64,000 bases of DNA from Octopus sinensis. Its lineage: Eukaryota. Below, piece after piece: positions 12,975 to 23,690 of the stretch. The translations under genes and the position numbers were made by a program. The stretch's first letter is position 1. Each line of letters starts with the position of its first letter. Location of the stretch: NCBI RefSeq assembly GCF_006345805.1, contig NC_042998.1:50654001-50718000 (forward strand). The letters are read 5' to 3'. The notes under the pieces are model-generated. The model worked only from the letters and a program-made list of their open reading frames with translations, was not told the origin of the DNA and did no database searches.

Positions 12975-14305
12975 GACCACAACTGTTCGAATCACAGCCT
13001 TAAGTCTAGGTGCGAATGCTTCGCGCGCGGCACGCAGCTGTTCTTGCAGAATCGAAGCCCATTCCTGCTGCAGTTTTGTCTTCAGAGCGTCGTGCGAAGC
13101 ATGCGGAGTGCTCGAAACCCTCGTCTGCAAAACGGACGAAACAGAAAAATCCAACGGTTTGAGAACGGAGCTTCTTGAGGTCCATACATCCTTGCCTATG
13201 AACGACAGAATGTTTTTCTGAGCCTAGTGTTGTGTCTGTTTGAAGCTGTGGGATGGTGATGAGCCCTGTTGGAGGAACCAAGGGGTGCCTCGAAAGTTTT
13301 CATTTGCCTATGGAAGCAGTTCAGCTTCCAGAATGTCGCTAATGTATCACTAATGTATCGATTTTGACGTCGACTTACGAGTCTACCCGTGATGGTACCA
13401 GATACACTCCATTCTGGTGGTTTACTGTCTGTTCGATGCCAAATTTCTTTTCATCAGTGAACAGCTGGTTGGGCAGCATGCCTTCAGCAATATGACGCAA
13501 AATAAGACTTCTCTCCAGTCTCATGATCTTATAAACGTCCGTGAGCTCATGACGACGGATCATCTTGAAGGGATGGGTCCTGAGATTTTCCTTCAGCACT
13601 CATCATCATTGTTCGACCGTGGTCGAGACAGTGGAATTTACTATATTACGCCAGACCTCACGGTCCATCATAGAATTACGGAGGTCCTGTTGCTGGATGC
13701 CTGTATCCCTGGCGATTACATCAGGGTAGGAGAGTGTACGCCCTCTGGTATCGCGAGCAGATGGCTTCCATAGGAGAAGAGTGGAAATTACCTCGTTTTC
13801 AGCTCTACAACAATGTGCAGCAAACTGGACTCTTCTACCTTTCGCAAGAGATGATACAGGTGGTAATTTCCCATATATGGGGAAACATCATATTTCTCAA
13901 TCAAAGCCGGAATACTGCAGGGAGACACACTCGACCCATTTCTCTTCATCATGGTCGTTGACTATGTGCTTCGTATGTCAGTTGATACCATTTCTGGTAA
14001 GGGCTTTGAAATAAAACTTTCAGCACTAGATACATTGGTATTCGGTTTATTTTGGCTGTGGAAGCCAGTTTTCTGACGGAACGACAAGGATTTCACCGTA
14101 TCTTTTCTCTTGTACTTTTGATTAGCTTCAGGGCCCCGCTCAGTTCTTTTTCGGTCACGTCAAGGTCGATCAGTGATGGAACCAGTCTCTTGAAATTTCT
14201 TGGCAATTTTCCAGTCTGTTGTTCAGTTAATTTAAAACTTTTTTGCTGTAGCTGTATTACTTTTGCCTCCTTTGTGGAGGGTTATAATTGCATTTCGGTC
14301 TATAG
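12975..14305 (-). pseudogene. Decayed maT/DD37D (Tc1/mariner superfamily) transposase, split by a LINE insertion
   Basis: Minus strand: RNAIITLHKGGKSN..KFQETGSITDRP..NPCRSVRKLA | LKENLRTHPFK..FTDEKKF..QQ(G)SSPSH..KPLDFSV; 37 residues between the second catalytic position (D mutated to G) and the D of PLDF. Confidence 0.85.
13601..14018. mobile_element. RTE-X-like LINE insertion with 5' inversion and 9-bp TSD
   Basis: TSD ttcagcact at 13592-13600 and 14019-14027; minus 13772-13601 encodes ORF C-terminus LWKPS..DTG..MMDREVWRNIV plus (TGA)n tail; plus-strand part encodes GETSYFSIKAGILQGDTLDPFLFIMVVDYVLR. Confidence 0.85.
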
Positions 14306-14469
14306 CAATTATCTAATTTATAAATCTGAATTTATTTAGTCTGAAACCAAAAGTAGACACACTAAGCTTTCATAATGATGCATACTTTTCATATCTTAAC
14401 ACGCTTTTTGATAGTTATTAAGGCCCGAAACTTCGAATGCCTTAATTTCAGGATAACCTCTGCGTGTAT

Positions 14470-14604
14470 TATGTGTGTGTGTGTGTATGTGTGTGTATGT
14501 GTGCGTGCGTGCGTGCGTGTGTGCGTGTATACATACATACATACATACATACATACATACATACATACATACATACAGACAGACAGACAGACCGACCGAC
14601 AGAC

Positions 14605-14672
<68 letters not shown>
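14470..14672. repeat. Compound microsatellite (GT/CATA/CAGA/GATA)
   Basis: Direct reading. Confidence 0.95.
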
Positions 14673-14673
<1 letters not shown>

Positions 14674-16140
14674 TGTTTCTTTATTAGCCACACAGGGCTG
14701 CACACAGACAGAACAAATTACAAGGTAGAGCTTTTCTTTTGGGGGTAAAAAAAGGGGGTTGGTTTTCGATCAAAAGGGATCGTAAAAGGAAAGAAAGAGG
14801 ACAAAAAAAGGGGGGAGAGGGAAAAAAAGAAAAGGGGAGAGGAAAAAAAAAAGTTGATCAATAGGGATCGTAATCACAGAAATGTCAATATGAAGTGTAA
14901 TGGGGAGGACAGGTGAGGTTTACCCGTGGAAGGAAAAGCCTACGGAAAAGACCACGGTAACCTCGGTCAATGAAGTCACATGTTATATTTCTTTTCTTTT
15001 TTTTTTGCAAATAAGCAACTCTCTGTATTAATTTTTACGGTTCATAGAATCATAGTCAAGGTAGCTTCGTCATTCATACGTGCCATCCTTGCTACATTCA
15101 CCCATCTTTTTTTAAAACATTCACTAGACAAAACTTGCCTCTCTACTCTCACTTTCCTCTTCAAGTGATACTTGAAGAAGTTGATGAGAGATTGACCAGA
15201 GAGGAAAGTGTTTGTCTCTAATCCTTTCAGGCGCGTCCACCAGATACATTCTTTCGCCATAGCCACAAGTATGATAAAAATAGCTCTTCCTTCCCGTTTG
15301 AAGGAAGGAGGCGTGACGATATTAACGATAGACTCGGCTGATAAACCGACACGTCCCACACGTGACAGCAGTCGTTCGACATAAGCCCACAGGTCGGAAA
15401 TTGCTGGACACTGCACGATTGCGTGCAGAGCGGTTTCGTCGCTCTGCCCGCATCTCGGGCAGGTCGGCCCCGTGTTTCTCGAGCCATGCCTATAGAGCTT
15501 ATCCCGAACGGGTAGCGCTTCTCGGTAGCACCGCCAGGCCAGGTATCTCTGGAAGTTGTCCATAGGTCCCGGGCCGAAAGTCGTTTGAAACAGGCGGGTC
15601 AGGTATTCCTCGTCGACGCCCAGGTTTGCCCCGACCTCGTCGTCGTACTCACTGCCTATTCCTATATGCAGGCATATTTGAGCTTACATTTGTCAACGAG
15701 TGAGTGCACGTGTGTTTGTATTTGTGTATACGTACAAGCTTATAATCGCATTGCTCTATGAATGTGTATTTGTATTTAATGCACTAATCCCTCCACTAAT
15801 CCCCTATAGAATGCTTTGGTTGTGTTGAAGTCACTCAAGGTCGACCCGGGACGGCAGAGTTGCTTGAGAGCAACGCGACACTCGCGGTGCCATTCGCCCT
15901 TCCTCGGCCTCTTTTTGATCCACGACTGCAGTTCGGTCATGGAGACGAGTTGCGGGAATGCGTGCCTCACAAACGGCGACCACACCTGTTCACCGTCGTC
16001 TACATAGAGCCGGAGATGTCGCAGTCTCAGCGCGTGTCTGCGCATCATCAACCATGGCATGCCCAGCCCTCCTTTTAACGGGTGTTGACAGCAAATGGAT
16101 CGCCTGACCATCGGGACGCATCCTTTCCATAGATACAGAA
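14673..16140 (-). mobile_element. 5'-truncated L1/Tx1-type LINE (RT C-terminus, zf-RVT, 3' UTR)
   Basis: HPLKGGLGMP and WRCYREALPVRDKL..CPRCGQSDETALHAIVQC (CCHC); 3' end aataaagaaacata abuts (TATC)n. Confidence 0.9.
15042..15563 (-). pseudogene. Tx1 ORF2 C-terminal zf-RVT segment
   Basis: ORF track 173 aa with CxxC..H..C motif. Confidence 0.85.
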
Positions 16141-16199
16141 GGCTAGAGAGAGAGAGAGGTGGAGCGAGAAAAGCGGTCGCGATGGGTGCGTGTTAGAGA

Positions 16200-16605
16200 A
16201 ACTTGTTCCCAACTATGGGGTTTTAGGTCCAGCCCAACTGCACGGTACCTTGGGCACTTTTATAGCCCCAGGCCGACCAAACCTTCTCAGTGGACTTAGT
16301 AGCTGGCAACTAAAAGAGGTTGGTATAACACACACACACACACACAGATATTCATATATACATATATCTGTATATATCTATGCATGTGTCCTTGCATATA
16401 TCTATGCGTGTCGTCATCTTTGTCTCCACCCACCCGCTTGTTACGTCCTTGTAACACCTGCAACTTAGCGGTTCGGTTTAAGAGACCGATAGAATAAGTG
16501 CTAGACTTTAAAAATAAGTACTGGGTTTCGCCTGTTAGACTAAACTTTCAAGGTGGTGTCCCAGCATAGCTGCAATCCAATCATTGAAACAAGTAAACGA
16601 TTACA
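16200..16605 (+). mobile_element. Degraded SINE family A
   Basis: cacggtaccttgggcac..cttagcggttcgg..gaccgatagaataagt. Confidence 0.65.
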
Positions 16606-16739
16606 CACACACACACATGATATAATCATTTGAATTTTTATAACGTAGCCTTTTCCTAAAGTTTCTGTTTCGTCAGATAAGATACATTCTTTATGTCATT
16701 TGAATGTATTAATAGTACTTTCAAAAATGTAGATTTGTT

Positions 16740-16776
<37 letters not shown>

Positions 16777-17228
16777 AGTTGTTTATGCAGGCATGGCGTG
16801 GATTCGATTCTCCGTAGCCAAATTTCACTTAACAGTTCAACAGCACTTTTCTCGCGGTAAAACAATAGTTTTTCTGTGAGTGACAGCAGTTACATTTGCC
16901 AGATGCCTTCGCAAAGCAGGATAATGTCTTTACCACTTGACCCTTCTAACCCCTTCTAGGCCACCAAAAGCTAGAATAGAGATAACTGATCGCTAACGAA
17001 ATCTATTGTTCTCAACAATATGTCTATCCTTCTGACTGGTTTTGGATAGTTATAAAAACAAGAACTCCGTAAGCCAAGGTCAGTTAGTGAGAACCGAGTT
17101 TGGTTAACCGGCTGAACAAAACGCCGTCTCTAAAATAAAGGGCACCATGGGACTACTATCGTACCTCACTAACGAAGCAGTTGTTTCGTCCCACAATTCA
17201 CACTTTCACTAACTCACTTCTTTTTCTC

Positions 17229-17482
17229 TGTAACATTACCATATCTCTCTCAATATACTACTATGAGATCGTGTACATACATATCGGCCGAAATTAACTC
17301 TTTTTTTACCTCGCGTGTTTTTCCATTTACTAGTTATACATACCAGCCCGTCATGGTTTTCGATATATACAAAGTAACGGTAAATAAATATATCTTTACA
17401 ATTTCAATTACTGTTCTTCTTCCATCTTGCATACTGACAACCAACACTTTAACAACAACCGTTACAATTGGTGACCCTCGAC
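17229..17482 (+). mobile_element. LTR (TGTAAC..GTTACA) followed by PBS-like TGGTGACCCTCGAC
   Basis: 238-bp unit with terminal inverted TG..CA, AATAAA near the 3' end, and a 2-nt spacer before a Gypsy-style PBS; internal region absent. Confidence 0.55.
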
Positions 17483-17502
17483 TGCAACGAAGAACTAGCC
17501 GT

Positions 17503-17680
<178 letters not shown>

Positions 17681-17850
17681 TTACGAAAAAAACAAAAGAC
17701 GGAGACAGGTGATGTACAAAACAAACAGATGTATTAGTATAACGCTCAGGAATAGAAAAAAAGTCTTTTACGTTTCGAGCCTATGCTCTTCTACAGAAAG
17801 GGACACAAAAAAAACAAGGAGAGAAAAAAAATCTGTGTAGTGGCTAACAT
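17681..17850 (-). mobile_element. PLE pLTR-like remnant with hammerhead-like variant
   Basis: Homologous to 26060-26230; minus strand ctgtagaa-gagc-atag-gctc-GAAA-cg-TA. Confidence 0.5.
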
Positions 17851-18149
17851 ATATAATCATTATAGATATAGGGTAAAAAATATTATTATTTACGAAAAAA
17901 TTATTATTTACGAAATATTATGTTGACAAAGGAAATGAATTCTTATAATTCTAATCCAGATACGCGTCCATAATTAATCGAAGACTGTTTGATTTCATTA
18001 TTTTCTTTCTTTTTGCCTACGTGAGTTACAGATATTGTTTTCTGTGGGGTCATATTTTGTAGTGAAAAGAAATAACGGTCTTTTAGCTGCTATTTCTAAA
18101 TTTTCGGTATGTGGTGAAGCAACTTGTTTCTAAACCCTAATTATTGTTA

Positions 18150-18228
<79 letters not shown>

Positions 18229-18232
<4 letters not shown>

Positions 18233-19290
18233 AAAGAATGGAGCTGAACGAAGATTTAACAAAATTCCTTTATTTTATTTTCGACACTCCGAGCCAGTAC
18301 AAGAACAGAAAAAACTATATCTGGTTTGTGATTCCCTTTGGAAAACAAATCGGATCTAACCTCCCTTTACAGTTTCGCCAAGCCATTGCCACGAATTTTC
18401 TCAGAAATTCGAGATATTACTCCACTATAAATTCGCACATAGTAAGGATTGCTTTCTCAAATACTAAAAATCTCTCACAGATAATTGCCTCCCATAACAA
18501 TAAGCTGCTAAATAAGGTCTCGTCTACCATGAGCAGAGACACCGCCCTGTCAAATTCCAACATAACATATAGTAATAATAATAATAATAGAAATAGCACA
18601 GATATTAGCAGCCTTCATACCAGTATTGGCGTTAGTAATAGTAATAAGGATAAGAGCACTGGCCTGGTCATTAACGGAGGGGGTCTCAACAATAATAGTA
18701 GCAGCGTTTTTAACAACAGTAGTTTTACGGACAATAACAGTCACAGCATTCCCAGAAACAGGGAATGTGCAGGTGATATTGCCTTAAATAGTAATAAAAA
18801 TAGGTTGAATAGTATCGAATCCAGCATTAATTTTTACAACCATCATAGAAATAAGAACGCTGTATTAGTATCGGAAATTAATCCCAATAGATTAAGGTTC
18901 TTATCAAATAACTCCAAAATTAGAAACACCACTTACCAGTGCAATATTTCTGCTGGATCCGATGTCTACCTCTATATTGGCGCTACCTCCTCTAAATTAG
19001 CCACAAGGATATCAAATCATTTTTCCACGTTTTGTGATAAAAGTAAACTGCACACCACGGGGCTAAGCAAATTAGTCTGGCGTTTGAAGAACGCAAATTC
19101 AACTTTTAAGCTGGAATGGTCAATATTATCGGTGTCCTTACCGTTTGATAAGGACAGAAAAATCTGTGCCCTCTGTAATTCCGAACTCTTTCATATTCTG
19201 TTTGCCCGAGGCCAAGTAATAAACTCGATTGTCGAGAGACCTTTCAGATGCCTTCACTGGAAAAAGCATACCTTTCACTCATACCAATGA
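18229..19290 (+). CDS. PLE GIY-YIG endonuclease ORF (353 aa, no RT)
   Basis: NYIWFVIPF..IIASHNNKLL linker; TTYQC..YIGAT..TRISNH..LSKLVWRLK..WSIL..CALCNSE..VINS..CLH. First in-frame ATG after the microsatellite is 18229. Confidence 0.75.
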
Positions 19291-19741
19291 AGTCTAATAT
19301 AGATAACCCCTGGATGTCCTACAAAATTAAAATGTGCTATCTCATCCATTTAGTTTATAAGACTTCCTCATAATTGCTAAGAACTACTACCAATCCCAGC
19401 AGTAACCTTGTTTCTTGTCATTACTATTGTGGGCTTCATCTGCCCTCCCCCTCTTAAGTTGATACATTCGAACACACAGACACAGTCTTTTCACCTCCTG
19501 ACCGTTAATTCTTTCTCTCTGCCTTCTACACACACATTCAAGCATTCACAGACACACACACACACACACATTAAGGCAATTTTACACACTCATACATACG
19601 AGCACTCATTCATAAAATAAATCAAATATAAACACCAGTCATACAGAATACATTCCCTCACTTTAATTTTCCTTCACCTCCCTTCTCCAACCTTGATTGA
19701 ACCCTTGAACTATTTTAACTGACATTTTCTCCTACTTTCAA

Positions 19742-19768
19742 CCAATCTGGCGTCACCCCCTATAAATA
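19742..19768 (+). promoter_or_regulatory. Putative pLTR promoter (CCAAT, CGTCA, TATAAATA)
   Basis: ccaat 19742, cgtca 19751, tataaata 19761, about 100 bp upstream of the hammerhead. Confidence 0.35.
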
Positions 19769-19856
19769 GACATTATTTATCATTATCTCTATGGGCTCCT
19801 CGTGAGCAGTCATCGAAAAACTTGTTGTGCATTTTGTTGGAGAATTAAGTTCCTGG

Positions 19857-19942
19857 ATTTTCCTGAAGAGAAAGCTGCATAATGGACTCCTTATTCATTC
19901 GGAATTAGGGATTTTGCAGACTTCGAAACATATGTCGAAAAT
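19857..19942 (+). ncRNA. Type I hammerhead ribozyme
   Basis: Stem I attttc/gaaaat; CTGAAGA 19863-19869; stem II gaaagctgca/tgcagacttc; GAAA 19925-19928; palindromic stem III ACATATGT; GUC cleavage after 19936. Confidence 0.85.
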
Positions 19943-20254
19943 AAAATAAAGGAATTTTGTTAAATCTTCGTTCAGCTCCATTCTTTCCTATACTTAATAT
20001 ATTAAATTAAACTTCAAATTTCCGCACTAAGGCACGGAGTTTATGCCCTATGGTCGTAACTTCAACCGTGCTTTTTCTGTTGTGAGTTTGCTACCCAGGT
20101 ATCGGTTATCTTTCGAATTATCCGCAATAAGATAATTCATTTGTCTACTTATGTATATATATATATATATATATATATGAGAATGTGTGTGTGTGTGTGT
20201 GTGTGTGTGTGTCTGTGTGTGTGTGTGTGTGTGTAAGTACGGTGATGCAAACAG

Positions 20255-20820
20255 GTTGTAACAGTTGAAATATCATTTTTGTGTAACGGTTGGAATTTAT
20301 TTAGTGTAGTTACCAATTGTAACGGGTAAGATTGATTAGGTACACAATATCACGAGATGTCGGAGTCGGCAGTTGTAACGATAAAAATTTGTTATACCGG
20401 CAAGTTGTCGGATGTGAAAAAATTAACAATGCATGAAATTTTAAGGAAATATTTATTTACCAATACGTTACAATACCTTGCCTCGACGAGCAGGTTATGG
20501 TAAATCCAAATGCATGCGAAGTAAAGTTTGTGTTTATGTTCTCTTCATTGTTTAGTAGTAATTACAGAGAGGTTGTCTCACAGTTGCTGACAGTAAACTT
20601 CATTTCTCCCTCTGACCAAGGCTCTAGCTGGTCAGCTAGACTTCGTTCTCACTGAGCTGTCACTGAAGTGACTTACTGGTTGAGTCTTCACCGAAGTGAC
20701 TGAACTCTTTTTGCTTGGGGTTTATGCTTTTATAATTATCCAGAAGGATAGATATATCATTGAGAACAATAGATTTAGTTAGTGGTCTTGTTATCTCTTT
20801 TCTAGCTTTTGATGAAGTAG
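20255..20820 (-). mobile_element. LTR-like remnant related to 17229-17466
   Basis: Minus strand shares ggtaaataaatat..ttta.aatttca and ccgttacaattggt; TATAAAA near 20730; right boundary uncertain. Confidence 0.4.
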
Positions 20821-21202
20821 AAGAGGTTATAAGGGTCAAGTGGTGAAGACATTATTTCAGCCTAGCTAAAGGCAATCTGGCGAATGTAAAACTGCTGTCA
20901 GAAAAAAACCATTGTTCCACCGTGGGAAAAGTTCTGTTGAACTGTTCATTTAAAAATTTGGCTATGGTGGATCGAATCCACTTCATGCTTGTAAGATCCA
21001 CTAGAAGGTAAAACAGAACTCAAAATATAAGTATATGTATATTTTTATTTATATTTAGCAGAAGCAACAGAGAGACTCAACGCACAAAACTTTCAGACTT
21101 TGTCACTTTGTTACTTCTGCCAAATATTAATGTGTGTGTATGTGTGCGCGCGCGCGTGTTTGTGTAAAATAGTGAGAGCTGAAACGAAAATAACATTTGG
21201 CT

Positions 21203-21606
21203 TACTCTTTAACTCTTTTACTTGTTTCAGTCATTTGACTGCGGCCATGCTGGAGCACCGCCTTTAGTCGAGCAATCGACCCCAGGACTTATTCTTTGTA
21301 AGCCCAGTACTTATTCTATCGGTCTCTTTTGCCGAACCGCTAAGTTACAGGGACGTAAACACACTAGCATCGGTTGTCAAGCGATGTTGGTGAGACAGAC
21401 ACAGACACACAAACATATACACACACACATACATATAGATACGACGGGCTTCTTCCAGTTTCCGTCTACCAAATCCACTCACAAGGCTTTGGTCGGCCCG
21501 AGGCTATAGTAGAAGACACTTGCCCAAAATGCCACGCAGTGGGACTGAACCCGGAATCATGTTGCTGGTAAGCAAGCTACTTACCACACAGCCACTCCTA
21601 CGCCTG
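21203..21606 (-). mobile_element. SINE family A, full length
   Basis: Reverse complement of family A. Confidence 0.9.
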
Positions 21607-21984
21607 TAAATTGTTTAAATTTACTTTCGAAACATGATAAATAATAGTTCTCTTTTTAAAGTTTATTTCTGCTGAATACTTCGCTTTTGAGTCCGTATAT
21701 AGAAATACGAACACGCACGCGCGCATGCATACATAATCCTAAAAACAGTGCTTATACAACTATAACCAACTCACAAAGCACAAATAAAATCTCAAACACA
21801 CCCACTCACGCATATACAAATTTAAACACCCACGCACACAGATTCAAATGAATATGGGGACATTATAGACCCCCAGCCCGGGGCAAATCAATTTAGAGGA
21901 AGCCACAATATACATAGATGAGACTTGGGACCCCAGACCCATGAGACTCCCGGAACCATTGCCGGCAAGACTTCCTTCTGTACT

Positions 21985-22560
21985 CCCCCCCCCCAAAAAA
22001 AACACTCCTTTTTTCATTTAATTTTTTTTCTACGCAAAACCCCGTTTTCGGCTACGGAGAACACGAATCTGCAAAAAAATTGTCAAAAGTCGGCATTTTG
22101 AAATTACCCCTCCCTCCCCCAATTTCTTCATTTTTAACTTTATCAGAATTCTTTTTTCTTTTTTTTTCTTCAAAATATGCGGGGAAATACGGAGATTCTG
22201 AAAAAAATTTCCCAAAATTTTTCTAGTTAGGATTAAGGTTAGGGTTAGGGTTTGGGTTTTAGGGTTAGGGTTTTAGAGTTAAGGTTGGGATTTTAGGGTT
22301 AGGCTTAGGATTAGGGTTTTTTGGATTATGGTTAGGGTTTTTAGGTTTAAGTGTAGGGTTTTAGGGTTAGGGTTAGTTGGAATTTTTTAGGGGGAAAAAA
22401 GTGAAAAATGAAGAAATTGGGTGGGGGTAAGAAATTTCAAAATGCCGATTTTTGGCAATTTTCTGGAATCTCCGTATCCGAAAACGGGTTTTTGGCAAAA
22501 AAAAAAAAAAAAAAAAAAAAAATTGCGAGAAAGTGGGGGTGGGGTGGGTGGAGGGAGGAA
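21985..22560. mobile_element. Foldback/MITE-like element with telomere-like core
   Basis: Arms 22036-22141 and 22398-22493 are imperfect reverse complements flanking TTAGGG/TTTTAGGG repeats. Confidence 0.6.
22227..22378 (+). repeat. Interstitial degenerate (TTAGGG)n array
   Basis: ttagggttagggtttgggttttagggttaggg... Confidence 0.9.
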
Positions 22561-23109
22561 GTATTTCCCAATTGCCTGGTGCGCCTATGCATTAAATACA
22601 AATACACATTCAAAGAGCAATGCAATGACAAGCTTGTACGTATATACAAATACAAACACACGTGCACTCACTCATTGACAAATGTAAGCTCAAATATGCC
22701 TACATATAGGAATAGGCAGTTTGTATATGCAAATTAATAAACACATGACTACGGATGCAAGCACGCATATAGGAATATAAGCAAATCCAGAGATGCACTA
22801 ACATACTCATATACACTCGCACACACACACACACACATCAAGATTCATGCTCATACATATGCATGAAGACAAATACAAGCTCGCACACACACACAGGTGT
22901 ATGCAAATCCATATCCATTCGCGAACACACACATACGCGCGCGAACATGTATATGCACGGAAAGACACACACACATACATGCGCGAACGTACACATACAC
23001 ACATGCACGAACACAGTCACACACACACGTGTGCAAGTGCATAATAAAAAGACAAGAAATAATTCTAAAACTAAATAAAATACTCGTGATTTTATTTTAA
23101 ACAACCTTA

Positions 23110-23210
23110 CGTGCAATGCCGGATGTTTCCGACAAAGTGCGGTGTCCACCGAGATTTACCGGTTTTGACCGAGGAAACAGTCAGTGATCTTACCGGAAGT
23201 ATCGGCGCGA
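23110..23210 (+). promoter_or_regulatory. CpG-rich promoter with ETS motifs
   Basis: ACCGGAAGT 23192-23200, CCGGATGT 23119-23126, TCAGT 23181-23185; non-repeat and CpG-dense. Confidence 0.6.
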
Positions 23211-23355
23211 AGCGATACTGTCACTGTTTGGCTATTGTTTGGTGCCAATGCTGGCAATTTCTTCTCAGAAACTGTGTGAAGCCGACCGATATCTTTCTCA
23301 TTAGCAACTTACTATCAAATGCCCAGGGATCGACGAGTACCGGCAAAAAACAGAG
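23200..23355 (+). other. Candidate first exon of a host gene (possible uORF MPRDRRVPAKNR from 23319)
   Basis: Donor AG|GTATTT at 23355/23356 followed by a pyrimidine-rich intron; start position approximate. Confidence 0.45.
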
Positions 23356-23548
23356 GTATTTTTCTTTCACATTCTTTCTTTTACTCTCACTCATTCTCCC
23401 TCTCCTAATTAAAGGTGTTCATTTTGTTATTGTTTTTGTATAACCCTAGGCCAGTCTTAATCCACCAAATCTATGATTTTAAGGTATTGCAGCTTTTAAA
23501 CATCCGTTTATTTATTATTATTATAATTATTGTTGCTTTTATTATTAT

Positions 23549-23690
23549 TCCGCCGAGGTCGACTTTGCTTTTCATCCTTTCGGAGTGGATAAAATAAAGT
23601 ATCAGTCTAGTACTGGAGTCGATCTAATTGATTAGCTTACTTCCGCAAAATTTCAATCCTTGTACCTGTAGTAAATATAATAATTATTAT
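23549..23690 (+). mobile_element. SINE family B fragment
   Basis: attccgccgaggtcgactttgcttttcatccttt. Confidence 0.7.

Larger units (their letters stand above)
18231..19988 (+). mobile_element. Penelope-like element: inverted 5' tail, GIY-YIG ORF, pLTR with hammerhead
   Basis: Exact 56-bp inverted repeat 18231-18286/19933-19988; GIY-YIG ORF; hammerhead 19857-19942; abuts (TA)n at 18154-18230. Confidence 0.85.

Noticed and set aside
18124-18228. ORF-track start of the 388-aa ORF
   Set aside because: Non-ATG start running through (TA)n; the first credible ATG is 18229.
22227-22378. True telomere
   Set aside because: Short, degenerate, internal and enclosed by inverted arms.
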